From Malacoraja senta (lineage: Eukaryota): 64,000 nucleotides of DNA. The stretch spans positions 2,730,001-2,794,000 of the forward strand of contig CM075995.1 of NCBI GenBank assembly GCA_038087875.1. The letters run 5' to 3'. The stretch's first letter is position 1. Each line of letters opens with the position of its first letter. Both the position numbers and the translations under genes were made by a program. The notes under the pieces are model-generated. The model did not search any database and was not told the origin of the DNA. It worked only from the letters and a program-made list of their open reading frames with translations. This document shows positions 12,396-25,224 of this stretch, piece after piece.

Positions 12396-13156
12396 AAGGC
12401 CTGTCCCACTGTACGAGGTAATTCTTTTTTTTAGTTATTATTTTATTTATTTATTTTATTATTTTTTAAATTTTTATTTATTAGAAGTACATTACATTAC
12501 AACCACATACATTAGTACTCGTCACTTATGTCTTCTTACAATTAATGTACTCCATTTATTTTTTACACTAGAAAAAGAAAAGATTGAAAGAAAGAAGAAA
12601 GTGAAGGAAAAAGTGAAAGTGTAGAAAATGTGACAACAAAAAAGGACGAAGACCCTATAAGAGCAAAATTAAAAACAAAAGAAAAAGAGTTAAGAAATAG
12701 ACCCTAGAAAAGAAAGAGAAAGAGAAAGAGGAAAAAGAGAGAAACAAATATTTTTATGAGCATTACGTAAATGGGACATACCAACTCTTCAACTATCATC
12801 CCCCCTTACCTGACCTCAATTTTTTTTAAAGTACTTTTGCACCTGTACGAGGTAATTCAAGAGTTCTCCCGTGTTCTCCCCTGATTCGAGTTTGTGTAAT
12901 GTACGTAGCGGGTACGTAGGAGCTCGTGGATGTCACGTAGCGGCTCGTACGAGTAACGGTAGGTACTCGGGAAATCCGGTAAACTCGTGACTTTTTTCAA
13001 CACTGTGAAAAATGTCCACGAGTAAAAAAATACTCGTGATGAAATTTGTTTTAACTTTTTACTCGTACGAGCCCCTACGTACCCGCTACGTACATTACAC
13101 GAGCTCGAATCAGTGGAGAACTTGGGAGAATTACCTCGTTCGGTGGGACAGGCCCT
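12396..13156. mobile_element. PIF/Harbinger-like MITE
   Basis: TIRs AAGGCCTGTCCCACTGTACGAGGTAATTC / GAATTACCTCGTTCGGTGGGACAGGCCCT; flanks TTA/TAA. Confidence 0.8.
12425..12842 (-). mobile_element. L1-like 3'UTR/poly(A) fragment with a 16-bp TSD
   Basis: CTGTACGAGGTAATTC duplicated at 12409-12424 and 12843-12858; begins with a T-rich tail resembling the start of the L1 at 59702. Confidence 0.7.
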
Positions 13157-16100
13157 TAAGGCAGCAACTCTACCGCTGCGTCACCGTGACCGCCCTAACA
13201 GTGCTTTAAATCCTTCACGTTGTGACCCATTCCATCTGCTTTGCAAGCTGCACACTCCTCTTTTTTTATGAATGCTTACTTCCGGGTGTTGTTACACTTC
13301 TGGCAGGAGCAGCTCGTGTGATTAATGCCAAACATCGGTGGTAGATGTTTGGGCTCGAGCTTGAAAGTGAGCAGGATCTGGGCGGAATCCAAAAAGCTTT
13401 CATGCTGAGAAATGGTGGGTGGCACAGAGATATCTCCCTGGGAGTGGCAAGTGATGTACTTACTGGGTGAGAAGGAGACACGATCTTAGCAGGGAGGAAG
13501 TGGTCTGTGTTCACAATAAGCTACATTTTCTCAGGCACTTAATATTATTAATTGTTGTGATTATCCAAAGCCAGTAATTATTTTCGCTACATCCTGTTTC
13601 TTTGATGTGGGAGAGCTTTAGTCCTGCACACGATGTTCGAGGATTGCAGCCTTCTCAGTAAGGTCTTTGTGAAAGCTTTTTAATCCAAGATCCTATCCTG
13701 AATCGGGCTGAACTTTTAAATTTGACATACTGAAACCAGACACTAAACATAGATACAGAATACTGGAGTAACTAAGCGGGCCAGGCGGCACCACTGGAGA
13801 AAAGGAACAGGTGATGTTTCGGATCGAGACCCTTCTTCAGAAAGCTCTCAATTGCCCCCTTTTTTCCCACCCGTGTACCAGCGATCCCTGTACACTAGTA
13901 CCATCCTACACACTAGGGGAAATTTACGATCTTCACCAATTAACCTACAAACCTGCGTGTCTTTGGAGTGTGGGAGGAAACCGGAGCACTCTGGGAAATC
14001 CCAATGCGGTCACGGGGAGAACTAGAGGTGCCGTCTGTACGGAGTTGGTACATTCCCCCCCCCCGTGACCTGCGTGGGTTTTCTCTGGTATCTCTGGTTT
14101 CCTCCCACACTCCAAAGACGTACAGGTTTGTAGGTTAATTGGCTTGGTATAATTGTAAATTGCCACTGGTGTGTGTACGATAGTGTTAGTGTGCAGGGAT
14201 CACTGGCCGGCGCGGATCCGGCGGGCCGAAAGGCCTGTGTCCACGCTGTCTAAACTAAACTAAACTAAACTAAACTACACTACACTAAACTACACTACAC
14301 TAAATGGGATTAGTGAAGGATTGATGTGAATGAGTGTAAAATGATTGGCCCAGAATCAGCTGGTTAAAGGGCCTGTTTCTGTGCCGGGTGACTCTATAAC
14401 TGTTAGTATATTTCTGAGGAGCGTTGAAGGTTTTTCTGACAGCCAAGCCTATATTGGAAAATGGATCTCAGTGATCCAATCTGACACACCGTTCATCCAT
14501 GTCTTGCAGCCATGTTGCTGTACTCAACGCATTGCTGGTAGAGGCAGATAAGATAGTTTGCTTAGTTTTTAGTTTTGGAGATACAGTACGGAAACATACC
14601 CTTCATACGGATAGGTTGATTAGTACAGGTGTCAGGGGGTTGTGGGGAGAGGCCAGAGATGGGGTTAGAGGGAAGAGGATAGATCTGCCATGATTGAATG
14701 GCGGAGTAGACTTGATGGGCCGAATGGCCTAAATCTGCTCCTATCATTTGAATTCGGCCCACCGGGCCCACGCCGACCAGCGAACACCCTGTACACTAAC
14801 ACTACTGTCCTACACACACTGGGGAACATTTACAATATTTAACAAAAAGCCAATGAACCTACAAACCTCTACGTCTTGGGAGTGTGGGAGGAAACCGGAG
14901 TACCCGTAGAAAAGCCCACGCAGGTCACGGGGAGAACGTAGAAACTCCGTGCAGACAGCACCCGTAGTCAGGATCGAGCCTGGGTCTCTGGCGCTGTAAG
15001 ACAGCAACTCTACCGCTGCGCCATCGTGCCACCCCGAGTGGCGTTTAGGAGGGTTTTAGATGGAACTGCAGGAATCGAGGGGTGAGCTCCACGTGCAGGC
15101 AGATGAGATCAGTTTAAAAAGCCATCGTGTTCAGCACCAACATTGTGGGCCGAAGGGCTCGTTCCTGTGCTGTACTGTTTCAAGTTCCATGTCCCAATTC
15201 TTCAACCGAAGCATGCGACATAAAGGCAGCTCTGGCGAGCTCCTGTGCTTCACACGGTTTGTTGTACTTTATTGATTTTATTCCTTTGCCTTGTTCTCAC
15301 ATCACACATTTTGTCTGTTCCATTTTGTTTTCATTCTTGTACAGTTTCTTTCTGCTCCTGAAGCCCTGTTATCTTTTGAAGTTAACTATGTTCCCCTCCC
15401 CGCAGAGACGGTGGCTCCCAGTTCAAGCGTCCCTTGCCACGGCAGAGTGTGTTTGCATTGCTCCCTTCATTTAAAACCGCATGAATGCAATGGAACATCG
15501 GTTAAGTGGAGAACTCGACTCATTAGCATTCTGCGATTAGTGCATCTCATCTCCCTCACAGGCCATTGTGGTTGATAAACTGGAACTATCACTTCTAAGC
15601 ATTAATTCTCGTCGGTCTATCCTGGACGCCTGCTGATAAACTAACACAGTAGAACAAAGATAGTCAATGCGATCTTTAAAGAGTAGAAAGTAGAAACGTC
15701 AGAAAAGCTCCACTAAACATATTGAAATTTCAATTATCCGTCCGATTTCCCATGTGTAAAGAATGCTTACCCATTAAAATTGAATATTACTGCGGTGTCT
15801 TTGGACTTCAGAGATACAGTGCAGAAACAGGCCCTTCGGACCACCGAGCCCACGCCGACCAGCGATCACCCCGTACACTAGCACTATCCTACACTCTGGG
15901 GACAATTTACTAATTTTCCCAAAGCCAATTAACCTACAAACTTTAGGATATGGGAGGAATACAGCACAGGAACAGGCCCTTCATCTCACAATGTTTAAGG
16001 CAGTGAGTGATAGATTTTTGATTAGTGCGGGTGTCAGGGGTTAGGGGAAGAAGGCAGGAGAATGGAGTTAGGAGGGAGAGATCGATCAGCCACTATTGAA

Positions 16101-17609
16101 CGGCGGAGTAGACTTGATGGGCTGAATGGCATAATTCTGCTCCTATCACATATGACCATATGAAACTGGAGCACCCGGAAAAAACACGTGCGGTCACGGG
16201 GAGAAGGTACAGACTCCGTACAGACAAGCTCCCGTAGTCAGGATCGAACCCGGGCCACTGGCGCTGTAAGGCAGCAACTCTAACGCTGCGCCATGTCCTA
16301 ATTTAACCAAATGGCGAATAAAAACCATGAAAAAATCCATGACCTGCCATGCTTTGTCCTGCCCCTCTAATCTTTTAGCTTCCCCCCAACCCTGCAATCA
16401 AGTCTGAAGAAGCATCCTGACCCAAAACGTTACCTACGCATGTGTTCTCCAGGGATAGTACTTGACCTCCTGAATTACTCCAGCGTTTTATGTCTTTCCT
16501 TGGTAAACCAGCATCTGCAGTTCCTTGTTTCTACAAGAAATAAAAAATCTTTGATGCTTTCAATATTTGTGTTCCAGAAATTTCCATCATCTTGTTATTT
16601 TCATAAGACGGTTACCAAATTCCACACTCCTAGCCTTGTGTCTCGGAAGCGTTATCATGTGTCTCCTTGGTCAGCCAAGGCGGAATGGTATTGAAGCCTT
16701 CAGTGGGAGGAAGGCCATTGTAAAACTGAAGGAGAAAGGAGACGTGTGCCAAAGTCCAGCTTGTTTTCTGAATCTTGCATTTACTTTGTCGTCAAGACAT
16801 AGAACATAGAACAGTACAGCACAGGGACAGGCCCTTCATCCCACACTGCCCACGCTGAACATGATGCCAGGTTTAGTTCAGCGATACAGCACGGAAACAG
16901 GCCCCCTTCGGCCCATCGAGCCCGCACCGACCAGCGATCCCCGCACACTAACACTATCCTACACACACTAGGGACAATTTACATTTATACCAAGCCAATT
17001 AACCTACAAACCCGTACGTCTTTGGAGTGGGGGAGGAAATGGAACATCTCGCAGGTCACGGGGAGTACGTACAAACTCCATGCAGACAGACAGCACCTGT
17101 AGTCGGGATCGAACCCTGGACTCTGGCGCTGTAAGGCAGCAACTCTACCGCTGCCCCACCGTGCCTCCCTCTAGACTAATCTCCTCTGCCTACACATGAT
17201 CCATATCCCTTTATTCCCTGCATATCCATGTGCCCATCCAAAAATAAACACAACATGCTGGAGTAACTCAGCGGGTTAGGCAGCATCTCTGGAGACGAGG
17301 AATGGATGACATCTCGGGTCGAGACCCTTCTTCAGAAACCTCTTAAACGCCCCTTTTGTAACCCGGCTTCACCACCACACCTGGCAGTGTTTTCCAGGCA
17401 CCCACCACGTTCTTGGCCGGCACATCTCCTTTAAACGTTGCCCGTCTCACCAGGTTATCTCCTCTAGTCTTGAACATACATTGTTCAATGCAGGACAGGA
17501 GAACAACCATAAGAGGGTCCGTCCGATGAATGCATGCTACAAGCAGGCTTGGAGAAATTGGCTGAGTTACAAATTAGCCCTTCATCCCTCATTCCTCTCA
17601 ACAGCTGGT

Positions 17610-18818
17610 ATTCTTAGGCCCCCTTCGGTCATGGCTGACCATGGGTGTCTCCAGGGTTGGAGGACGCCAGTGCGTGACTTTGTTTAACGTGGGGAGACTG
17701 GTGCACAGACAGCCACCAGTCTGTGCACCTACCAGGTCCTTGACAAATCTGGGTCAGGATCCAGTGGCATGGAGTCCAAGACGACCGGGGTCCCTTTTCT
17801 GCTGCAGCCTTCTTCCGCCTTCCCAGCCGTTGTGACGCTCCACTAAGGTCAGCCATCGTCCTCTGCCTGTTCCACTGTTGAGGTCTTTTTTTATTTTTGT
17901 TTTTCAATTATTTAAAAAAAATATTACACTGCAATAAAACAAACCAGAACCCACCACCATAATACAATACAAACAAATATCCTTAATAAACTACTATACT
18001 ATCTTACACTCCTTGTCATGGATGCATTCAACACCCTTCGTAGCCCAGCGGTCCCGGAACTCCCTCAGGGTGCTCGTGGACAGGGCGTATTCCCTTTCTA
18101 ACCCCACCCGGGCATGGACGTAACCCCGGAAAAGGGGCAGGCCGCCGGCTCGGGTAAAGCCCTCCACCGCCTGGCGCCGTGACTCACGGATGGCCAGCTT
18201 GGCCAGGCCCAGGAGCAACCCAACCAGGACATCTTCAGCCCTACCCTCTCCCCCTACGCACAGGGTGTTCAAAGATGAGGATGGTGGGTGAAAAGTGCAG
18301 CCAGAAGGCAAGGAGTAGCCCCTTTAGGTATTCAAACAGTGGCTGCAGCCTCACGCACTCCATGTACACGTGGTACACAGACTCTTCCAGCCCGCAACAG
18401 TGGCAGGTGGCTGGTGAGTGTGAACCGCGAGAGATAAAGGTTGCAAGGAACAGCTCTGTGCAATACCCTCCACCCCAGGTCCCCAATGTAGAGGGGGAGA
18501 ATCCCTGCGTAGAGGGACCCCCCCCCGGGGGCCCCCCTCGCGACCGGAAGGCAACACCGACCGCCACTTGGTTTCCGGACGGTGTACCAGGGCGAGGAAG
18601 TGCAGGGTGTGGAGGAGGAGCCAGTAAAGGACACGCCTCCCTGCGTTTCGGAGGGAGAACCGATGAGGTCTTGGTTGGATTGCTCTTTGTCAGAGACCTC
18701 CCCCTCGACCTTACCGCCATGGGTGGCCCTACCAGGAGCATAGCTCCAGATGGCATAGCTCTCAGGATCTCAGGACCACACAAGCTTCTCCACCACGACA
18801 AGGTGACAATCCACGGAG
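17610..18818 (-). mobile_element. Non-autonomous bipartite RTE-clade element (5'UTR plus 3' end), split by a Tx1 insertion
   Basis: Minus strand 18818-18660 reads GGATTGTCACCTTGTCGTGGTGG...AGGGCCACCCA...CTGACAAA, resembling BovB/Expander RTE 5' ends; 17873-17610 ends ...GGGGCCTAAGAA. Confidence 0.65.
17888..18658 (-). mobile_element. Tx1-clade LINE, 5'-truncated ORF2 C-terminus
   Basis: GDLGWRVLHRAV..N; CHCCGLEESVYHVYMECVRL zinc knuckle; LLLGLAKLAIRESR; A-rich tail; TSD ACTGTTGAGGTCTT/ACCGATGAGGTCTT (17874-87, 18659-72). Confidence 0.85.
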
Positions 18819-19483
18819 TAAGGGTCTCAGAAATTCATTTGGAAAACAGCGAGGTTAGCATTCTGTGTGGGAAGGAATTGCAGATGCTGGTTTACATGGA
18901 CACAAAATGATGGAGTACCTCAGCGGGACAGGCAGCATCTCTGGAGGGAACGAATGGGTGACGTTTTCGGGTCGAGACCCTTCTTCAGACTGAGAGTCAG
19001 GGGAGGGAGAGACTCAAAAGATATGTAGAAGATTAATATGTAAAAACGACAGCATTCTGCTGAATTGAAGCATTTTCAGCGATAATCAATTCCCGTAGAA
19101 CTGCCCTTGCAGCAGTCGCTGGAACTTAAATGTATGAGGGCTCTGTTTTAAGGGTGACAGCAAGATTTTAGCAACAAAGCCTTGCGTGAAATTACTGTTC
19201 CCTGAAGTGGAAATTGTAGTAAACTTCCCAGCACCTGGTACATTATTGCCCGACTTGCTGTGACATGTTAATGAAGTGCATCCATTGCTATCATTCGCGA
19301 ATCACAGTTAAATAGCGATATGTCTAGTGAGAGGATTGTGTAGCTTCCTTATTCAAGACATTCCTGTAGCCTGACTTACAGGCAGTGTGGGCAGTCAGAT
19401 CAAAGCCTAAAAGATATCTTTATTCATTGTTCTTTATCTCTCCACATCATCGTCTATATCTCTCCTTATCCCTAACCAGTCAC

Positions 19484-19820
19484 GGGCGGTCACGGTGGCG
19501 CAGCGGTAGAGTTGCTGCCTTACAGCGAATGCAGCGCCGGAGACCAGGGTTCGATCCTGACTGCGGGTGCTGTCAGTACGGAGTTTGTATGTTCTCCCCG
19601 TGATCTGTGTGGGTTTTCTCCGAGAACTTCTGTTTCCTCCCACACTCCAAAGACGTACAGGTTTGTAGGTTAATTGGCTTGGTATAAATGTAAATTGTCC
19701 CTAGTGTGTGTAGGATAGTGTTAATGTGCGAGGATCGCTGGTCAGTGTGGACTCGGTGGGCCGAAGGGCCTGTTTCCGTGCTGTATCTTTAAACTAAGCT
19801 AAACTAAACTAAACTAACCT
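19484..19820 (+). mobile_element. V-SINE, full length, subfamily with extra AATGCAGCG in the tRNA head
   Basis: GGGCGGTCACGGTGGCGCAGCGG...TACAGCGAATGCAGCGCCGG; V domain; tail. Confidence 0.85.
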
Positions 19821-19899
19821 AAATGATACTAAGATGTCCCATCTCAGCTAGTTCCTTATACCACAACCCTCTGAGTGAAAAAGTTTCCCCGCAGGTTCC

Positions 19900-20233
19900 C
19901 AATGTTTCCAATGTCGGCGGAGTCCAGAACCAGGGGCCACAGTTTAAGAATAAGGTGTAAGCCATTTAGAACGGAGACGAGGAAACACTTTTTCTCACAG
20001 AGAGTGGGGAGTCTGTGAAATTCTCTGCCTCAGAGGGCAGTGGAGGCAGGTTCTCTGGATGTTTTCAAGAGAGAGCTAGATAGGGCTCTTAAAAATAGCG
20101 GAGTCAGGGGATAAGGGGAGAAGGCAGGAACGAGGTATTGATTGGGGATGATCAGCCATGATCACATTGAATGGCGGTGCTGGCTCGAAGGGCTGAATGG
20201 CCAACTCCTGCACCTATTGTCTATTGTCTATTG
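19900..20233 (+). mobile_element. CR1 LINE 3' fragment
   Basis: SRTRGHSLRIR..PFRTETRKHFFSQRV; (CTATTGT)n tail. Confidence 0.8.
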
Positions 20234-21159
20234 TTAATATTAGATCTAGCTTCTCTCAACTTAAACCTATGTATCTCTGTTTTTTATTCCCTATCTATTC
20301 CCCTTATGGCCTTCTGCTCCAAGGAAAAAAGTCCCAGCCTGCCCAACGTCTCCGCTGTAAAAATTGTCCCTAGTGGGTGTCGGATAGTGTTAATGTGTGG
20401 GGATCGCTGGTCGGCGCGGACCTGGTGGGCGGAAGGCACTGGTTCTATTGTAGACAGTTTGCATGTCAATGTAAACTGAACGCTATTCCGTTATCATGTA
20501 CCTGTGCACTGCGAATGGCTCGATTGTAATCATGTATTGTCTTTCCGCTGGCTGGTTCGCACGCAACAAAAGCTTTTCGCTGTACCTTGGTGCACGTGAC
20601 AATAAACTAAACTGAACTAAACTCAACTGAGTAGGAAGGAACTGCAGATGCTGGTTTAAACTGAAAATAGACACCAAATGCTGGATGGAGTAACTCAGCG
20701 GGACGAGCAGCGTCTCTGGTGACATTTCGGGTCGAGACCCTTCTTCAGACGACTGAACTGAACTGAATTCAGATGAATGCACAGTATTCTATATACCCAT
20801 GGTCAAGGAGTATGAATGATCATTGCTGTAGTCTTTGGCTAAGTGGACTCTCAATGCTGAGCAGCAGATGGACTCGGTAATCCAGAATTCCCTTGCCCTA
20901 ACTACAGTGCGTGGCTGTGTTGCCATGGTGATGCTGTCTCTTTAGATCATTGCAGCAATTTCTGTTATTGATATTTTACCCATTTTTCGGCAAAGCTAAA
21001 TTTAGATTGATTTTCTGTAGTCCCAAGTTTGATTTCCGCAAATGTGGCCAATTTTAGAACGGCCCTGCAAAGGTCTGGAATTCTACAAGAGAGAACAAGA
21101 AGGTGAAGGTTGAGCCTAGATTCGGGCGTTTTATGGTTACAAGACTGCCCATTGATCAA

Positions 21160-21350
21160 GTGTTTCTGATATGCGATCAGTCACCGCTGGAGTGGAGGAA
21201 ATGCGGCCGTCATATTGTGCACAGCAAAGATCTCTCAATCAGTGAAGTCCTGACCACAGGTCCTATATTTTAATTGGGATTGTGTGTGAGGTTTAATATC
21301 GATCAGGAGAGCGGGGAGAACTTCCGTCCACTGCTCTCCAGAAGGTGAGG
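21160..21350 (-). mobile_element. Ancient DeuSINE-like fragment (SacSINE1/AmnSINE1-related)
   Basis: GAAATGCGGCCGTCATATTGTGCACAGCAAAGATCTC...AATATCGATCAGGAGAGCGGGGAGAACT resembles the reverse complement of the Deu-domain SINE body as recalled; not aligned. Confidence 0.5.
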
Positions 21351-21511
21351 GGAGAGGAAGACTGGATCAGTGGTGGAATCTCTGATTGATGACATGATGG
21401 GGTGGAGGTACAGACAATGTTGCAGACATGCCTAAAATTCATTTTGCCGATTTTGCAATGAATAATAGAACTCTGGCTCTCTCTCACGCACACGAGCCGC
21501 ACGCATACAGC

Positions 21512-21516
<5 letters not shown>

Positions 21517-21559
<43 letters not shown>

Positions 21560-21577
21560 CGCACGCAAGCACGCACG

Positions 21578-21668
<91 letters not shown>

Positions 21669-21699
21669 ACCCGCACGCACGCACACACACCCATTCACT

Positions 21700-21778
<79 letters not shown>

Positions 21779-21863
21779 AAACACACACACACACACACAC
21801 ACACCCACACACCCACACACACGCACACACACCCATTCACTCAAACACACACACACACACACA

Positions 21864-21912
<49 letters not shown>

Positions 21913-21917
21913 TCACT

Positions 21918-22002
<85 letters not shown>

Positions 22003-22290
22003 AAACACACACCCATTCACTCAAACACACACACATTCACGCAAACACACACACCCATTCAGTCAAACACACACACACACACACACACACATTCACGCAA
22101 ACACACACACACACACACACACATTCACTCAAACACACACATTCACATTGACTCAAACACACACACACTCAAACACACACACACACTCAAACACATACAC
22201 ATACACATATGCACTCATCAACAGACACACACAAACCTTTGCTTACATATATTGTATATACAATCAAACACACACATATATTCTTAAACA
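21517..22290. repeat. Compound (CA)n microsatellite with recurring CCATTCACTCAAA/CTCAAA interruptions
   Basis: Directly visible; about 770 bp. Confidence 0.95.
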
Positions 22291-23716
22291 CATACAGACA
22301 GCCACTTGCTAGCAATATTTATATATATACTGTATATATACACACACACACATATTGTGTTCCTGGGATTTTCTTCAGGCTAAAGCTTTGCATTCTCTTT
22401 ATTTGTATCCACATGGGGTTGTGGGGAAGGGAGGGTGTTGGCCAAACTGGGTCAAATCTTACGGGCCAAGTCAGGAGGAAGCGAGTGCCTGAAGCTAACA
22501 GCAGCGGTGAACTTCTGAACTGTGTCTGCTTGCATTATGTAAATGGCACCTCAGAGATCAATTAAATCGAGGCCTTTGGTCCATCGTGTCATGTTCCTGC
22601 AATTTATTGAATTAGGTCATGCCGTCTCATTTAAATTTTGCATCTGTGCATTTCTCATTGAACCTATTATTTTTCTGACACAGTGCACTCCTTTGATTTT
22701 GAGCCGGTGCCATTGGCAATTGAAGCTTCGATTTACTTTGCTAAAGGTTGTGGATAAGTAAGTCAGATTTTGGATAAGATTGCTTTTAGTGATTCGAGTG
22801 TCTTAAGTATCTCTGTTGGGAACACGGTGTATAGATGATGCAGCACTGTGCATTCCCAGTCCATGATTTCTTGTTGATTAGGCTAAGGCCTTGAATTCCA
22901 AGGAGGTTTTCCTGATTTCACTCCAAACAAAGGAGGTGAGCAGGAATTTCTGTGGTCAGAGGTTGGTGGGTCTGTGGAGTTCATTGCCACAGACGGCAGT
23001 CGAGGCCAAGTCGATGGATATATTTAAGGCGGAGATTGACAGATTCTTGATTAGTAAGGGTGTCAGGGGTTATGGGGAGTAGGCAGGAGAATGGGGTTGA
23101 GAGGGAAAGAGAGGTCAGCCATGATTTAATGGCGGAGGAGACATGATGGGCCGAATGGCCTAATTCTGCTCCTGGAAGTTAAAAAAATTATGAACTTATA
23201 TGTAACTATGGAGAAGGTCTCTAGGAGATATGTTGAAACGAGGAACTGCAGATGCTTGTTTACAAAGAAATGAAACAAACTGCTGGAGTAACTTGGCGGG
23301 TCAGGCAGCATCTCTGAAGAACGTGGATGGGTGACTAAGAGTCTAAAGAAGGGTCCCGACCTGAAACGTCATCTGCCCATCTTCTTCAGAGATGCTGCCT
23401 GACCCGCTGATTTACTCCAGCACTTTGTGCCTTTTTTTTGGTAAACTAGCATCTGCAGTTCTCCACCACTTTGTGTGGGTTTTGCTTCCTCTGGAGAAAT
23501 GACTGTTTAACAATGTAACATTTTAAACCATTTTCTTTCCAAATTTCATTATTTCTGTGTAAACACCGCAAATGAAATCTCTGCTGAGGTCAATGATCCT
23601 GATTCCCCAAGTATTTTTCGGTAGGAATGATTTGGGATGATTCTATGCTGTAGACCTGATTCCTTTGAACTCCAGCAGCTGTGCAGTTAAAGACCTGGTA
23701 CACTGGGTCATGGATG

Positions 23717-24025
23717 GGGCGGCATGGTGGCGCAGAAGTAGAGCTGCTGCCTTACAGCGCCAGAGACCCGGGTTCGATCCTGACTACGGGAGCCATCTGT
23801 ACGGAGTTTGTACGTTCTCCCCGTGACCTGCGTGGGTTTTCTCCGGGATCTCCGGTTTCCTCGCACACTCCAAAGAAATACCGGTTTGTAGGTTAATTAG
23901 CTTGAGAGCATTGTAAAATTGTCCCTAGTGTGTGTAGGATAGGATTAGTGTGCGGGGATCACTGGTCGGCGGGGACTCGGTAGGCCGAAAGGACTTTTTC
24001 CGCGCTATATCTCTAAAACGAAACT
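23717..24025 (+). mobile_element. V-SINE, full length
   Basis: A and B boxes, V domain; tail interrupted by a MITE. Confidence 0.85.
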
Positions 24026-24027
24026 AA

Positions 24028-24264
24028 AGGGCCTGTCCCACTTTCACGACCTAATTCACGACCTCTGCCGAGTTTGCCCTTGACTCATACTCGCAGCATG
24101 GTCGCCACAAGGTCGTAGGAGGTCGTAGGTAGGTCGTAGCAGGCCGTGATGCTAGTCGTAGGTACTCGTGGCATCAAGTAGGTCCGGGTTTTTTTCTAGC
24201 ACGATGAAAAATGTCCACGGGTAAAAAAGGTCGTGAATTAGGTCGTGAAAGTGGGACAGGCCCT
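24028..24264. mobile_element. PIF/Harbinger-like MITE
   Basis: Perfect TIR of about 36 bp, AGGGCCTGTCCCACTTTCACGACCTAATTCACGACC; flanks TAA/TTA. Confidence 0.85.
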
Positions 24265-24674
24265 TTAAAGTAACTAAAACGTAAAATTAAAGAACTTCCC
24301 TGCTGCTACTGTGAAAGTCGATGTCTCCAACTAATCCAGAAACCAGGCTGGCAAAAAGAAAAGCCAGCTAGGTCAATCCCTTTGAGGCATAACCACATAA
24401 TTCTTTTGAAAGGAGACTATATTGTTAATCAGTGATGGTGGTCCTTCAACTGTGGTGTCCAGTTTCGTTTATATATGTTTGTCTTCAAAGGTTTTACAAA
24501 AGGCTGCCTTTTGGAGGAGCTAGCCTGAGATCATTGATATTAATAGTGTAATTGTCTGGTTTCACATGCCATAATCAAATAATATTTTATTTCTGGTGAC
24601 ATTTTAATATGTCTGTCTGCATTCAGTCATGACTCACCTATTGGCTGAGATTGGTGACAATTACTGAGTTTACT

Positions 24675-24990
24675 TTAGTTTAGTTTAGAGATACAGCGCC
24701 GCAACAGGCCCTTCGGCCCACCGAGTCCGCACCGACCAGTGATTCTCACACACTAACACTATCCTACACACACTAGGGACAATTTACACTTATACCAAGC
24801 CAATTAATCTACAAAGCTGCACGTCTTTGGAGTGCGGGAGGAAACCGAAGATCTCGGAGAAAACCCACGCAGCTCACGGGGATAACAAATAGAACTCCGT
24901 ACAGACAGCACCCACAGTGGGGATCGAACACGGGTCTCTGGCGCTGCAAACGCTGTAAGGCAGCAACTCTGCCTTTGCACCACCGTGCCG
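24675..24990 (-). mobile_element. V-SINE
   Basis: Reverse complement of the SINE consensus, with tail. Confidence 0.8.
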
Positions 24991-25224
24991 ACCAAATGAG
25001 CAATTAAGGAGCAATTCTGGGCCCCATATTTGAGAAAGTATGTGCTGGCTCTGGGGAGCGGTTTATGAGAATGATCCCAAGAATGAGTGTTTAAGAAGGA
25101 ACTGCAGATGCTGGAAAATCGAAGGTAGACAAAAATGCTGGAGAAACTCAGCGGGTGAGGCAGCATCTATGGAGCGAAGGAAATAGGCGACGTTTCGGGA
25201 TGAGACCTTTCTTCAGACTGCGTG

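Larger units (their letters stand above)
12120..13195 (-). mobile_element. V-SINE split by a nested MITE
   Basis: SINE runs 12120-12392 and resumes at 13157 (TAAGGCAGCAACTCTACCGCTGCG). Confidence 0.8.

Noticed and set aside
15300..15510. Candidate host exon after a strong polypyrimidine tract (AG at 15343-44)
   Set aside because: No convincing donor and no recognisable peptide; cannot be supported without RNA data.
21293..22312. Long His/Thr and Cys/Val ORFs (up to 294 aa)
   Set aside because: Translation artefacts of the (CA)n microsatellite.
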